Origin: Coraliomargarita sp. | GTDB taxonomy: Bacteria > Verrucomicrobiota > Verrucomicrobiia > Opitutales > Coraliomargaritaceae | NCBI GenBank assembly: GCA_965216325.1 | Contig: OZ244160.1 | Span: 1,152,001 to 1,216,000 of the forward strand | Length of the DNA: 64,000 nucleotides | Direction of reading: 5' to 3' | Shown here: piece after piece, positions 1 to 10,410 of the stretch | Layout of the letters: each line of letters begins with the position of its first letter | Numbering within the stretch: the stretch's first letter is position 1 | Made by a program: the position numbers and the translations under genes | Notes under the pieces: model-generated | Told to the model about the DNA's origin: nothing | Databases searched by the model: none | Seen by the model: the letters and a program-made list of their open reading frames with translations, nothing else

Positions 1-1968
1 ACCGTCAACAATGTTGGCCTGTTCCCTATCCATGACTTCGCGAGCACCTTCCGTTTCGAGAATCACGACAGTGGTCTGAACTTCCCGTTGCGCGAACTGC
101 TCAACCGCCGTGCACGCAGTGGCACTCAGGACCAAGTGCTGAGTCTGCTCAGTGACTGGGAAGACTTCCGCACTGGATCGCAAGCGGATGCCTATGACCT
201 TAATCTACGCTGGTTGGCCAACCGTCCATGGATTGAACTGGTCACCTTGGATGAAGTGGCGGGTGGTGAAATAGATCTTTCGCAACCAGCCGATGGACTT
301 GGCGACACCTGGGGCACGGTTGACCGGGGGAATGGACAAAGCCTACAGCGAACCGCGAAGGACTTCATTGATCACTCCACTCAGGAAGATTACGGTAATT
401 GGTATAATGGCCAAATAGGTCGCGAGGAAGGCCTCGAAGGTAAAATCTTTGAGATCCGGTCTGGCGCTCCCCTGCCAGAAAAGTTTGGCACGGTTGGTGT
501 CGATGGGATCGCCGACGATGCATGGAAAGAAGTCGATGGCATTAGTAACAATGGCAGTGGCCAAGGAAAGCTCGGACGTTCGACAGCGCACGCAGCCATG
601 TTTGTTACCGCGTTCCATGATCAACAGAACTTCGACCTCAGTAAGTTCAGCACGGGTGCGTATATCTATCCAGACACCGACTTCAACAACCTCGCAGGCT
701 TCTCCAAGCTCGCACAGTCGCAAATGCGCTTTGCGGCACTTTATAAGCGAGTCGATGCATGGGCCAGTAGCCCTCCAGCAAATGCAGTGACTAGCGCTGA
801 GGATGTCGATTTCGATGGTGAGAATGAATACCTGCTCTACAATGCGACCGCCTTTGCAGTCTTCGAAGCCAGTGGTGGGCGCTGTGTCGCAGCCTTTGCA
901 CGTAACCCTGCCACAGGTAGTGTCAGCCAAATCATCGGCACGCAGCCAACCCATGCAGGTAGTGAAACTGAAGACGAAGGCACACTCAACGTAGACGGTG
1001 GTGCTATTGGCGCACGCCGCACCTCCGCCTTTAAGGATTGGTTCGCCGATGGCACAGCCGGGGGCACGTCTCAGTATGTCAACGCACTTTACGAAGTCGT
1101 GGCTAGTGGCAGTAACGGTTGGGTGTTCATTGCACCCGGAGGTCACATCGTAAAGACAATCACTCTTTCGGATACCGATCCTGAACTACAGGCCGCCTAT
1201 AACCTGCCAAACCAGGAAGTTGATAAGCTCTACATCCGCCATGGTCTCTCCCCGAACCTTTGGAATCTGATTCGCCGCGGCCACTATGATCTCGACCCTC
1301 TGGTGGATGATACCACGAACCGACAGATCCGACTCTTAAATCGCGGCGAGGGCGAACCCGTCGGCGCAACCTTAACTTACGATGCGAATGCCGAGCGCCA
1401 GAACAGTGCAGTCGATGATGATCCGGTCGGTGGCATCGAATGGGATGCGCCCAATATGCGTAATCAGGCCCTCGTCGAACAAGTCGAAATGACCAATGTC
1501 GACGGACAAACCAGTTTCTCGATCACTCTAACTCTGGAGAACGGCAACACGGATAATGACGGCGATGCCCTACCCAACTGGTGGGAACGCGACAACGGTC
1601 TGGATCCGGATTCCTCTTCAGGCGATGACGGCGCGAGTGGCAACGGTGACGGCGACCCCTTCAACCAGCTTGAAGAATACGTGCTCGGACTCGATCCGAA
1701 TGTTGCCGAGTTTAACGGTCTACCAAAGGGGCTCATTGCGGCGACAGGAACGGGTGCGTTCACTGTAACTTTCCCAGTGCTGGCGGGTCGCAGCTACCAA
1801 GTCTGGTATGTCGACGACCTCACCGACACTTGGCAAGTAGCCGGCGCGCCATTTGCCGCCACCAGCGATGATGCCGCCTATGTCTGGACCGACGATGGCA
1901 GCAATACCAGTCCTAACCCAAGCACCATTGATAACCGTTTCTACAAGATCGAAATTACCCGCCCTTAG
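1..1968 (+). CDS. C-terminal part of a large GH57-like alpha-glucan-active enzyme (5'-truncated by the window) with Asp-rich repeats and a C-terminal beta domain
   Basis: Frame is open from base 1. SDWEDF resembles the GH57 acid/base region; DVDFDGENEYLLYN...GGR resembles the start of the C-terminal domain of GH57 4-alpha-glucanotransferases; DNDGDALPNWWE repeats follow; lies next to GH13 genes. Confidence 0.6.
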   Translation, partial: TVNNVGLFPIHDFASTFRFENHDSGLNFPLRELLNRRARSGTQDQVLSLLSDWEDFRTGSQADAYDLNLRWLANRPWIELVTLDEVAGGEIDLSQPADGLGDTWGTVDRGNGQSLQRTAKDFIDHSTQEDYGNWYNGQIGREEGLEGKIFEIRSGAPLPEKFGTVGVDGIADDAWKEVDGISNNGSGQGKLGRSTAHAAMFVTAFHDQQNFDLSKFSTGAYIYPDTDFNNLAGFSKLAQSQMRFAALYKRVDAWASSPPANAVTSAEDVDFDGENEYLLYNATAFAVFEASGGRCVAAFARNPATGSVSQIIGTQPTHAGSETEDEGTLNVDGGAIGARRTSAFKDWFADGTAGGTSQYVNALYEVVASGSNGWVFIAPGGHIVKTITLSDTDPELQAAYNLPNQEVDKLYIRHGLSPNLWNLIRRGHYDLDPLVDDTTNRQIRLLNRGEGEPVGATLTYDANAERQNSAVDDDPVGGIEWDAPNMRNQALVEQVEMTNVDGQTSFSITLTLENGNTDNDGDALPNWWERDNGLDPDSSSGDDGASGNGDGDPFNQLEEYVLGLDPNVAEFNGLPKGLIAATGTGAFTVTFPVLAGRSYQVWYVDDLTDTWQVAGAPFAATSDDAAYVWTDDGSNTSPNPSTIDNRFYKIEITRP

Positions 1969-1969
1969 A

Positions 1970-4900
1970 ATGAAGAAACTTCTTTCACTCCCGATCACGA
2001 CACTTCTTGCCGCTAGCTCATTGTCAGCGATCGGCTATCTTGAGGTGCGTGCGCCTGGCTATGATTTCCGTAGTGCGGAGTATTCGACCTCACATGTTTA
2101 CATCGATGAAGTTGCTGGCACAACTGCAGACATTGAGGTGCTTTGGACTTTGACCGACTTTAGCAATATTACAGATGTTGAGGTGTATACTAACTTAAAC
2201 CGTCGCGACCTTGCACGCACCGACAAGAACAGTGACGGATACGCGGATGGGATTCAACCAATCAACGGGAATACCATTACTGACTCAGCTGCAGATACAG
2301 ATACCAGCACTGGCCACTACTTTGCTCCGCTCAACATGACTGATGGTGACAATAATGGCATCTGGGAGCTAACGATTCCTGCCTCTAAGACCGGTGCTTA
2401 TCGTCTTACGGCACGTTTTAAAACCAGTAACGCAATTGCTGAGAACAATAACGATCCCAATAACTGGATTTGGTATGGCCTGCGTGACCATGCAGTCGTA
2501 GTCGCGCCAGTCGACTCCCGCGACGTCCAGCTCTATGTGATGAATGTATTCAACGTCGAAGCAGATGGAGACACCTTCTTTGATCGCTCAACCTTTGAAG
2601 ACCTTCATGACGCAGCAGACGCGGCACATAACTTTGAAGGGGGCGGCAGTCGTTGGAATCTGGACTATATGAAAGGACTCGGCATGAACTGGCTCTGGTT
2701 CCAGCCGATTCACCCAAATGGCATTGATGGTCGCGAGCCAGTCGCTGGCTATGGTAACGGCGGCCCTCTCTATGACCCAGGCAGCCCCTATGCGGTGAAG
2801 AACTTCTTTGAAGTTAATGAGCTGATGACCGTCGACTATGATGGCAGCAACACACTGGCGCAGAACCGAGCTGCTTCCATGGCCGCGTTTCAAGAATTTG
2901 CCGCAGCAGCGGATGCGAAAGACATCGGTATTATGCTGGATGCTCCATTCAATCACACGGCATTCGATGTTGAGCTCGGTCAACAAGGAGTCGACCTCTT
3001 CCAGCGCGACGGTGAAACTTGGGATCCCTACGATGAGATTCGTAATCGCGAAGCACGCTTTTTCTCATCGAGCTCGAATTATGGAAACCGCGCGTCGTCT
3101 GCGGGAGACATCGCCGCTGGGCCCGATCGCTACGACTTTGGCAAATGGAATGATGTTAAAGATGTCTTCTTTGGCCGTTACGATGCGCTCGTTGAAGCAG
3201 ATGTAGAGCCTGAACGATCCAGCTATACCAACGAAGGTGATTGGTTTGACTATAGCGATAGCGATTGGACCAACAACGACTTCACGCAAGGTGGTTCACA
3301 ATGGAATGTGACCCGTCGGGTCTGGGACTACTTTGCAGAATATGCAGTGCACTGGTTGGATAAGACACGCCCTGCAGGTCAAAACCGCAACTCGACATCA
3401 ACTGACGGCGATTCCGCGGCGCGCTATGCATGGGATGACCGCGGGATCGATGGTCTGCGCTGCGACTTTGGCCAGGGGCTTCCACCTCAAGCTTGGGAAT
3501 ACATCATTAATGTTGCCCGTAGCCATAAGTGGAACTTCGTCATGATGAGCGAGTCACTGGACGGCGGCGCAGTAACTTACCGTTCAAGTCGACACTTTGA
3601 AATCTTGAACGAAAACATTGTCTTCCCGTTAAAGTCGGCAGGGAGCAATCAGGACTATCGAAACATCTTCGAGGGTCGTCGTAGCGCCTATGGTCAAGCT
3701 TTGGTATTGGCGAATACCACGTCTCATGACGAAGCAAACTATGCGGATCCATGGCAAGCGCTGGTCCGAAACGCTGCAGTTGGTATGATCGATTCGGCTT
3801 CGCTGATCTTTCCCGGCCAAGAACTAGGTATAGTAACTGATGACAAGGGGACTAGTGATACGAGTGATGATTATAATTTTGGTTATCAGCATTATGAAGT
3901 GAACTTCGGTAAAAATATCCCTCACTTCAAACGCTGGAACTCGATGATACCCATTTGGAACGACACTAACTTTGGTAATGATCAGCTGTATCCCGTGTAT
4001 TCCGGCGTTCAATCTGCCCGTCAATCGAGCCCTGCGCTGCGCAGTTCCAATCGTTGGTTTATCGATGGGGATGGCGGTAATAACCAGATATTTGCGGCTG
4101 CGAAATATGAGGCCGCGAATGCCTCACCAGCCTCATCTGACGTTGTATTAGGATTTGTGAATCTTGACCGAAGCAATACGCAGAGCGATAATTTCAAAAT
4201 CCCAGCGGGGTTGGCACCACTTCTCGGCATACAAGACGGTCGAACTTATAACGTTAAGAATATCGCAGCCTACACCGCCCAAGTCGCCAACCGACGTGAG
4301 CTTTGGCTTTGGGGTGCTGGCATCACTGGCGCAAATCTAAAAGCCAACGGGTTCTTTGTCAGCCTCTACAAGGTGCCAATAGCAAATAGCGACTGGCTGG
4401 GTGAGCCTTACGAAGCCCAATACCTGAAGCTGTATGACGTCACTCCACCACCTGCGCCATCTCAGCCTGTAAATAGCACGGGCAAGAACTACGTAATGGG
4501 CAACCGCATTACCTTTGAGTGGTCCGCGTCAGTGTCGAATACCGCAGACGATGTTATCACCAGTTACCGTTTGATGATCAAGCGGGATGGCTCAAACGAA
4601 ACTGTCTTTGATGAAAATGTCGGCAACGTAACCAGCTACGAGTATACCGGCTCGCATGGAGATAATCTCTACGCAGAAGTCTATCCGATCAGTGCCGCTG
4701 AAATACAGGGCACAGTGAGCTCTGCGAGTAGCGCGGTGTTGATGATCGACCCCGATGCTGACAACGACCAAGATGGAGCGACAAATGGCGACGAAGACAT
4801 CGCGGGCACAGATTTCAACGACCCCAATTCGAAGTTGGAGATTGTTCAAAGTGAACTCACGATTACTGATCAATTCACGATTTCTTGGCCAAGTGTCGTC

Positions 4901-5065
4901 GGTATTACCTATGGTGTCGAATCTAAGGATACCCTCCTCGCGCTTTCTTGGCACACGGAAGCTACCGGCATTAGTGGCACCGGCAGTGTGCTGCAATGGA
5001 CAGATCCGGATCCCATCAATACGGAGACGCTATTACACAAGTTCTACCGTGTAATCGTCGAATAG
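1970..5065 (+). CDS. Secreted GH13 alpha-amylase-family protein with FN3-like and C-terminal domains
   Basis: Signal peptide MKKLLSLPITTLLAASSLSA (ATG 1970); GH13 regions DAPFNH, GLRCDFGQG, SES, TTSHD. Confidence 0.8.
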   Translation: MKKLLSLPITTLLAASSLSAIGYLEVRAPGYDFRSAEYSTSHVYIDEVAGTTADIEVLWTLTDFSNITDVEVYTNLNRRDLARTDKNSDGYADGIQPINGNTITDSAADTDTSTGHYFAPLNMTDGDNNGIWELTIPASKTGAYRLTARFKTSNAIAENNNDPNNWIWYGLRDHAVVVAPVDSRDVQLYVMNVFNVEADGDTFFDRSTFEDLHDAADAAHNFEGGGSRWNLDYMKGLGMNWLWFQPIHPNGIDGREPVAGYGNGGPLYDPGSPYAVKNFFEVNELMTVDYDGSNTLAQNRAASMAAFQEFAAAADAKDIGIMLDAPFNHTAFDVELGQQGVDLFQRDGETWDPYDEIRNREARFFSSSSNYGNRASSAGDIAAGPDRYDFGKWNDVKDVFFGRYDALVEADVEPERSSYTNEGDWFDYSDSDWTNNDFTQGGSQWNVTRRVWDYFAEYAVHWLDKTRPAGQNRNSTSTDGDSAARYAWDDRGIDGLRCDFGQGLPPQAWEYIINVARSHKWNFVMMSESLDGGAVTYRSSRHFEILNENIVFPLKSAGSNQDYRNIFEGRRSAYGQALVLANTTSHDEANYADPWQALVRNAAVGMIDSASLIFPGQELGIVTDDKGTSDTSDDYNFGYQHYEVNFGKNIPHFKRWNSMIPIWNDTNFGNDQLYPVYSGVQSARQSSPALRSSNRWFIDGDGGNNQIFAAAKYEAANASPASSDVVLGFVNLDRSNTQSDNFKIPAGLAPLLGIQDGRTYNVKNIAAYTAQVANRRELWLWGAGITGANLKANGFFVSLYKVPIANSDWLGEPYEAQYLKLYDVTPPPAPSQPVNSTGKNYVMGNRITFEWSASVSNTADDVITSYRLMIKRDGSNETVFDENVGNVTSYEYTGSHGDNLYAEVYPISAAEIQGTVSSASSAVLMIDPDADNDQDGATNGDEDIAGTDFNDPNSKLEIVQSELTITDQFTISWPSVVGITYGVESKDTLLALSWHTEATGISGTGSVLQWTDPDPINTETLLHKFYRVIVE

Positions 5066-5070
5066 CCGGT

Positions 5071-6834
5071 ATGACCCGACGCAGACTTCGTCAATTGCCC
5101 TCCTGTGTGTCCTTCGCCTTTGTTTCGTGGGCGTTTTGTGCATCTGTATGCGGGCAGAGCACCCTCACACCAGATTGGGCCAAGGATACCATCTGGTATC
5201 AGATCTTTCCAGAACGATTTGCCAATGGCGATCGTCGTAATGACCCGACTCGAGACTCGTTAACGCATCCCGAGCACGTTCCGGACAATTGGCAGATTAT
5301 GGACTGGGACACTGATTGGATGGCTCGCGCGCAATGGGAACAGACAATGAGCCACGATATGAATGTAACGGTGCATCATCGACGCTATGGCGGTGACTTA
5401 AGCGGCATTGTAGAGAAGCTCGATTACTTAAAGACCTTAGGCATTAACGGCATCTATTTGAATCCGGTCTTTCATGCGGATTCCCTGCACAAGTATGACG
5501 GGAACTCTTTTCATCATATCGATCCCTTTTTTGGTCCTGATCCCTCAGGCGATCTGGAGCTGATGAAGGTGGAGACCAGTGATCCAGCAACCTGGAAGAC
5601 AACCGCTGCCGATCGCTATTTCCTATGGTTTCTTCAGGAGGCTAAAAAAAAGGGCATACGAGTCATCATTGACGGAGTGTGGAATCACACTGGCTGTGAC
5701 TTCTTTGCCTTTCGGGACATTCTCCAAGCGCAACAGGACTCCGTCTATGGGGCATGGTATTCGGTGTTGGCATACGATAATCCGGAAACCGATAGCTACG
5801 AATTCGACTATCAAGGATGGTATGGGTTTAAGAGCTTACCTGAATTCTCGGACAACGCAGCTGGAACGAATTTGGCTAGTGGCCCCAAGCAGTATATCTT
5901 TAATGCCACGCGGCGCTGGATGGATCCGAACGGAGATGGTGACCCGAGTGATGGCATTGATGGCTGGCGCTTAGATGTCGCAGAACAGGTCCCTACAGGC
6001 TTTTGGCGTGAGTGGCACGGATTAGTCAGATCGATTAACCCGGAGGCCTACACGACGGCTGAAATCTGGGGGAGCTCAGCTGAGTTCATCGCAGCGAACC
6101 ACTTTAGCGCCGCGATGAATTACCGTGGATTCGCGATTCCTGTAAAAGGCTGGCTAGTGGACGGACGCATCTCAGCCACAGAATTCGCTCGTCGCCTAGA
6201 GGAGGACCTGAGCAAGCATCCATTTGATCAGGCGTTGATTCTGCAGAATCTAGTCGATTCACACGACACACAACGTGTTGCCTCCGCGATCGCTAATCGT
6301 GGCACCTACGAACACTACAAAAGTGCGGACTGGTTTGACTACGACGAGGGTGAACGCGTCAACATGCAGAGCCAAGGTTACAATACTGAAGCTCCGGATG
6401 ATGACGGTAGGCGGATTTGGAAGATGCTAGCCCTTTTTCAGGCAACTTTTCCCGGGGCACCAATGATTTACTATGGCACCGAACTGGGAATGTGGGGCGC
6501 CGATGATCCTCACGACCGGATGCCATCTAATTGGAGTAATCCAGACCGCGACATATATAATAGCTATCAGGCTGCTCTCGCATTGAGAAAAGAGTTCGAG
6601 ATATTACGGCGGGGGGAATTTCGGATTGTTGAAACGAACGATGACAAGCAGCTATTTGTATTCGAACGTCGGCTTGGTGGCAGTTATCTGATCATCGCAT
6701 TTAACCGCAGTAACGATGACATACGGATCGAAGGCTCCTATCTGCGAGGTATGAAACTCCAATACAATACCGCGGGCAGAGATCAGTTCCGGAACGTGCC
6801 CCGCTTGAGTGCTTCGGTCTACATACAAGACTAA
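5071..6834 (+). CDS. GH13 neopullulanase/cyclomaltodextrinase-like glycosidase
   Basis: PDWAKDTIWYQIFPERFANGD, GGDLSGIVEKLDYL, DGVWNH, GWRLDVA, AEIW, DSHD, GAPMIYYG; probable N-terminal signal peptide. Confidence 0.9.
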   Translation: MTRRRLRQLPSCVSFAFVSWAFCASVCGQSTLTPDWAKDTIWYQIFPERFANGDRRNDPTRDSLTHPEHVPDNWQIMDWDTDWMARAQWEQTMSHDMNVTVHHRRYGGDLSGIVEKLDYLKTLGINGIYLNPVFHADSLHKYDGNSFHHIDPFFGPDPSGDLELMKVETSDPATWKTTAADRYFLWFLQEAKKKGIRVIIDGVWNHTGCDFFAFRDILQAQQDSVYGAWYSVLAYDNPETDSYEFDYQGWYGFKSLPEFSDNAAGTNLASGPKQYIFNATRRWMDPNGDGDPSDGIDGWRLDVAEQVPTGFWREWHGLVRSINPEAYTTAEIWGSSAEFIAANHFSAAMNYRGFAIPVKGWLVDGRISATEFARRLEEDLSKHPFDQALILQNLVDSHDTQRVASAIANRGTYEHYKSADWFDYDEGERVNMQSQGYNTEAPDDDGRRIWKMLALFQATFPGAPMIYYGTELGMWGADDPHDRMPSNWSNPDRDIYNSYQAALALRKEFEILRRGEFRIVETNDDKQLFVFERRLGGSYLIIAFNRSNDDIRIEGSYLRGMKLQYNTAGRDQFRNVPRLSASVYIQD

Positions 6835-6856
6835 GCGACTGTGCTGCTGACAGTAT

Positions 6857-6957
<101 letters not shown>

Positions 6958-6967
6958 CGGTATATAT

Positions 6968-6984
6968 AACAGTATGCGTGCCAA
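6968..6984 (-). promoter_or_regulatory. Sigma54-like -24/-12 promoter for ncRNA copy 1
   Basis: Minus strand reads TTGGCACGCATACTGTT vs consensus TGGCACG-N4-TTGC; the -12 element is imperfect. Confidence 0.45.
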
Positions 6985-7091
6985 TAGTTCGGCCTGTTCA
7001 GCTATTTCCCGGAAATAGTTTATTTTGAGCATTTTTTGCTCAATTCAGTCGCCAGCTGGGCGAATATCCCCATCTGTTAGGTGCAATAGGT

Positions 7092-7454
7092 ATGCCTTTT
7101 TCCAAAAACATCGAAGATGTCATCGCCGACTTTCGCGGCTTGCCACGCACGGTGACGGCCTCGTCACGTCGCCCTCCGGTGCCGATTGGCAATCTTCTGG
7201 TGGTTCTTAAGGAAAAATACAAACTAGAGCAGCCGAGCCCAGAGCGAACTCTGGTTGAGAATTGGGGCGAGATTTTCGGAAATCTAGCCGGACGTTGTAA
7301 TCCAATTCGAATTAAGGACGGAAGGACTTTGGTAATATCCGTCACGAATCAAACGCTTCGATCTGAACTACAATTTCGTAAGCGTGCGATTCTGCAGAAG
7401 ATACACCAATTGGACAATTGCTCAGGAATTAATGAGCTGGTGATCCGCGGCTAG
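7092..7454 (+). CDS. dciA: DUF721 / DciA-family protein
   Basis: 120 aa; ENWGEIFG...CNPIRIKDGRTLVISV.NQTLRSELQFRKRAILQKI is typical of DUF721. Confidence 0.75.
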   Translation: MPFSKNIEDVIADFRGLPRTVTASSRRPPVPIGNLLVVLKEKYKLEQPSPERTLVENWGEIFGNLAGRCNPIRIKDGRTLVISVTNQTLRSELQFRKRAILQKIHQLDNCSGINELVIRG

Positions 7455-7537
7455 GAATAGCAACTGAGCTACTCATTTAGACTCGGTTCAACGGGTTGGA
7501 GCATTCTCGGTGTCAGAAGGCATTTGTTATCTGTGCA

Positions 7538-7633
<96 letters not shown>

Positions 7634-7885
7634 TTGGGAAGAAGCACATTTTTTCTTCGCCCTGCAAGTATTATTTTCAGGAATATGTATTTATTTCACG
7701 AAAAATATTTGCTCAACGCTCATATAGAAGAACTTACGCGTCATAATATTTTTCAAAAAAACCGCTTAGCACGATGATAATCGATACTTCTAGTCGTTCG
7801 TTGGTTGATTTCAGCCTTCTCGGTCCAGTCTTTATACGTATCTCAAGGCTTTTACCTCTTCAACGAAGAAAGCAATAAGGCAATC

Positions 7886-7902
7886 TTGACTTCTACAGTC
7901 AA
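7886..7902. promoter_or_regulatory. Palindromic operator TTGACT-N5-AGTCAA overlapping the putative cysH -35 (Rrf2/IscR type-1-like)
   Basis: Perfect 6-bp inverted repeat with 5-nt spacer about 20 nt upstream of the cysH ATG. Confidence 0.55.
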
Positions 7903-7921
7903 AAACTAAACTTTAGGCGAC

Positions 7922-8644
7922 ATGACAACTGAAACTGCATCGAATAGCGACCAGTCAGCTCCAGAGCTAGAACAGATCTCTGCGGTTGAGCGCGTGCGCT
8001 GGGCATATGAGCAATACGGCGATCAACTTGTGTTGACTACCAGTTTTGGCGTGCAGAGTGCAGTGATGTTGCATCTGGTCACCAGCCAAATCCCCGACAT
8101 TCCGGTTGTATTCATCGATACTGGATATCTATTTCCTGAGACCTACCGCTTTGCTGAGGACTTGACCGAGCGTCTAAACCTGAACCTGAAGACATATCGG
8201 TCTCTGAAGTCGGCGGCTCATCAAGAGGCTATCTATGGCAAGCTCTGGGAGAAGGGGCTCGAGGGGCTCGATCAATACAATAAGATGAACAAAGTGGAGC
8301 CGATGAACCGTGCCGTCCAAGAAATTGGTGCGAAAGCATGGCTCTCCGGTTTGCGTCGCAACCAGTCGTCCAGCCGCCAAAATCGCCAGGTCGCTGAGAA
8401 GCAAAATAAAATTTGGAAGGTCTATCCAATCCTCGATTGGAGCGACCGTGACATCTACAATTACCTGACCGAGAATAGTCTGCCCTATCATCCACTATGG
8501 GATGAAGGCTATGTCTCTGTCGGCGACTGGCACAGCACCAGCAAGCTTGGTGAAGGCATGAGCGCAGAAGATACACGCTTTGGTGGACTTAAGCGTGAAT
8601 GCGGACTCCACGAAGTGACTGGTGGTGCGGACTATCAAATCTAG
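7922..8644 (+). CDS. cysH: Phosphoadenylyl-sulfate (PAPS/APS) reductase, Fe-S-free type
   Basis: [40 protein letters not shown]-terminal RECGLH; lacks the CC/CxxC Fe-S ligands. Confidence 0.95.
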   Translation: MTTETASNSDQSAPELEQISAVERVRWAYEQYGDQLVLTTSFGVQSAVMLHLVTSQIPDIPVVFIDTGYLFPETYRFAEDLTERLNLNLKTYRSLKSAAHQEAIYGKLWEKGLEGLDQYNKMNKVEPMNRAVQEIGAKAWLSGLRRNQSSSRQNRQVAEKQNKIWKVYPILDWSDRDIYNYLTENSLPYHPLWDEGYVSVGDWHSTSKLGEGMSAEDTRFGGLKRECGLHEVTGGADYQI

Positions 8645-8647
8645 CAA

Positions 8648-8673
8648 TAGAGCAGGGCCAGCCCCCTGCTCTA
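8648..8673. terminator. Hairpin between convergent cysH and the SLT gene
   Basis: tagagcaggg-N6-ccctgctcta. Confidence 0.45.
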
Positions 8674-9243
8674 TTTGGCTATCGCGCCCCCCGGTGGGAC
8701 CACAGGGCGAATATCACCATCGAAGATTCGTTTGTAGATTTTGTTTTCTGGTGCCGGCATCTTGCTGATCTTGAAGTCCTGATCCTTAACATAGTAGGGG
8801 CCGTAGCGATAACATGCAGCCAACAGTGGGTAGCTAAATTCATCGTAGCGGTGTAGGTAATCACGGCAAAAATCCATATAGTCGATTGCAACACGAATAT
8901 TGGTGCGCCAATCCCAAGCATGCTTATAGGACTCATCAGTGACCTCTCTCCATGCCGCTTCGGTTACCTGCATCATGCCGCGGGCAACAGCACTGCGAGC
9001 CTTTGCATTTAAGCTACTCTCAGCCCATGCAACTGCATACACGAACTCAGGGTCTAGGCCTTTCGCAGGGGCCAAGGTAGATATATGCATCCAAACTTCT
9101 TCCTCGGAAATCCTGAGAGGAAGCGGATTATAGTAAATAGACATCCATACTGCCAATACGCCGGCCAAAGCCCCTAAACCGAGAGCGATACGTAGCATTC
9201 GACGCTCGTCGCGGTGATAGCGGTGGTCAATGGACATGCGCAA
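8671..9243 (-). CDS. Membrane-anchored lytic transglycosylase (SLT domain)
   Basis: N-terminal TM helix; AVAWAESS (catalytic Glu), [15 protein letters not shown]. Confidence 0.8.
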   Translation of the reverse strand: MRMSIDHRYHRDERRMLRIALGLGALAGVLAVWMSIYYNPLPLRISEEEVWMHISTLAPAKGLDPEFVYAVAWAESSLNAKARSAVARGMMQVTEAAWREVTDESYKHAWDWRTNIRVAIDYMDFCRDYLHRYDEFSYPLLAACYRYGPYYVKDQDFKISKMPAPENKIYKRIFDGDIRPVVPPGGAIAK

Positions 9244-9348
9244 ACGATAGGAGAACTAACGAGTATGACAAATAAAACATGCAGTTCGCAGCAACCAGGG
9301 CAAAAGAGTCTTTTCAACGACCAGGCCACTCCTTATCCACTCAGGTCT

Positions 9349-10392
9349 ATGCGTATCACAAGCAAACCATTCGGCAGTATTCCTTCAGGGCAAAGCGCGA
9401 CTCTATATACCCTAACCAACACAAATGGCTTAACTGCCGAGATCACTAATTATGGCGGTATCATTGTTTCCTTGAACGCTCCCGACCGTAAGGGGGTGTT
9501 TGCTGATGTTTTGCTAGGAAAAGATACCTTGCAGGGATACCTGGACGGACACCCACATTTTGCCTGTATCACAGGACGAGTCGCTGGTCGTATCGGCGGT
9601 GCCAGCTTTGAACTTGATGGCGAAACCTACAATCTGGAAGCAAACAATGGCCCGAATGCACTGCATGGGGGCTCTAAGGGGTTCCATCAAATTCTGTGGG
9701 ACGCGGAGATTGTTGAAGTGACTGGTATCCAGAAGCTGAAACTCACCACAGTTGATCCTGACGGCAGTAATGGATTTCCCGGGGCGATTGCGTGTCAGGT
9801 AACCTACGCATTACTTGAGGATAATTCGCTCGAAATCACCTACACGGCCAGCACTGATAAAACGACGCCATTCAACATCACTAACCACGCCTACTTTAAC
9901 CTGAATGGCGAAGGTAACGGCGACGTATTGAATCACTCTGTCCAGATTCTCTCGGATGCAATTGCTGCTGTGGATGAAAGCTCAACACTAATCGGAGTTC
10001 GTGAGCCTGTGGTCGCCGGCTTCAACGATTATCGCCAGCCAGTCCAACTGGGGTCACTCGATGAATTGGTCGTTTCCAATGCGGACATTCATTACTTCCT
10101 GGAGAATGGTCGCACGGCAGAGCCTCGCCTTGCCGCAACCATCAAAGCACCACAATCCGGGCGCGTCATGGAAGTCATCACAACCGAGCCTGGAGTGCAG
10201 TTCTATGCGGGCCTCTGTTTAGGAGGTGAGTCCGGCAAGCACGGTCATCGCTACGCAGACAAGGACGGCCTCTGCTTCGAAACCCAGGATTACGCGGATA
10301 GCATCCACTTCCCCGAGATGGGCGGCGCTATTTTAAAGCCCGGTGAGGCATTCACATCGACTACAATGTATCGCTTCAGCACCGAAGCATAG
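9349..10392 (+). CDS. galM: Aldose 1-epimerase (mutarotase)
   Basis: [30 protein letters not shown]; start taken at ATG 9349. Confidence 0.9.
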   Translation: MRITSKPFGSIPSGQSATLYTLTNTNGLTAEITNYGGIIVSLNAPDRKGVFADVLLGKDTLQGYLDGHPHFACITGRVAGRIGGASFELDGETYNLEANNGPNALHGGSKGFHQILWDAEIVEVTGIQKLKLTTVDPDGSNGFPGAIACQVTYALLEDNSLEITYTASTDKTTPFNITNHAYFNLNGEGNGDVLNHSVQILSDAIAAVDESSTLIGVREPVVAGFNDYRQPVQLGSLDELVVSNADIHYFLENGRTAEPRLAATIKAPQSGRVMEVITTEPGVQFYAGLCLGGESGKHGHRYADKDGLCFETQDYADSIHFPEMGGAILKPGEAFTSTTMYRFSTEA

Positions 10393-10410
10393 CTCAAGCA
10401 GAAAACAACA

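Noticed and set aside
1853..1969. Upstream extensions in the ORF track (e.g. 1853, 4996, 9214, 16094, 26517, 29318, 41104)
   Set aside because: They overlap neighbouring genes or regulatory RNA; downstream starts give proper signal peptides or family N-termini
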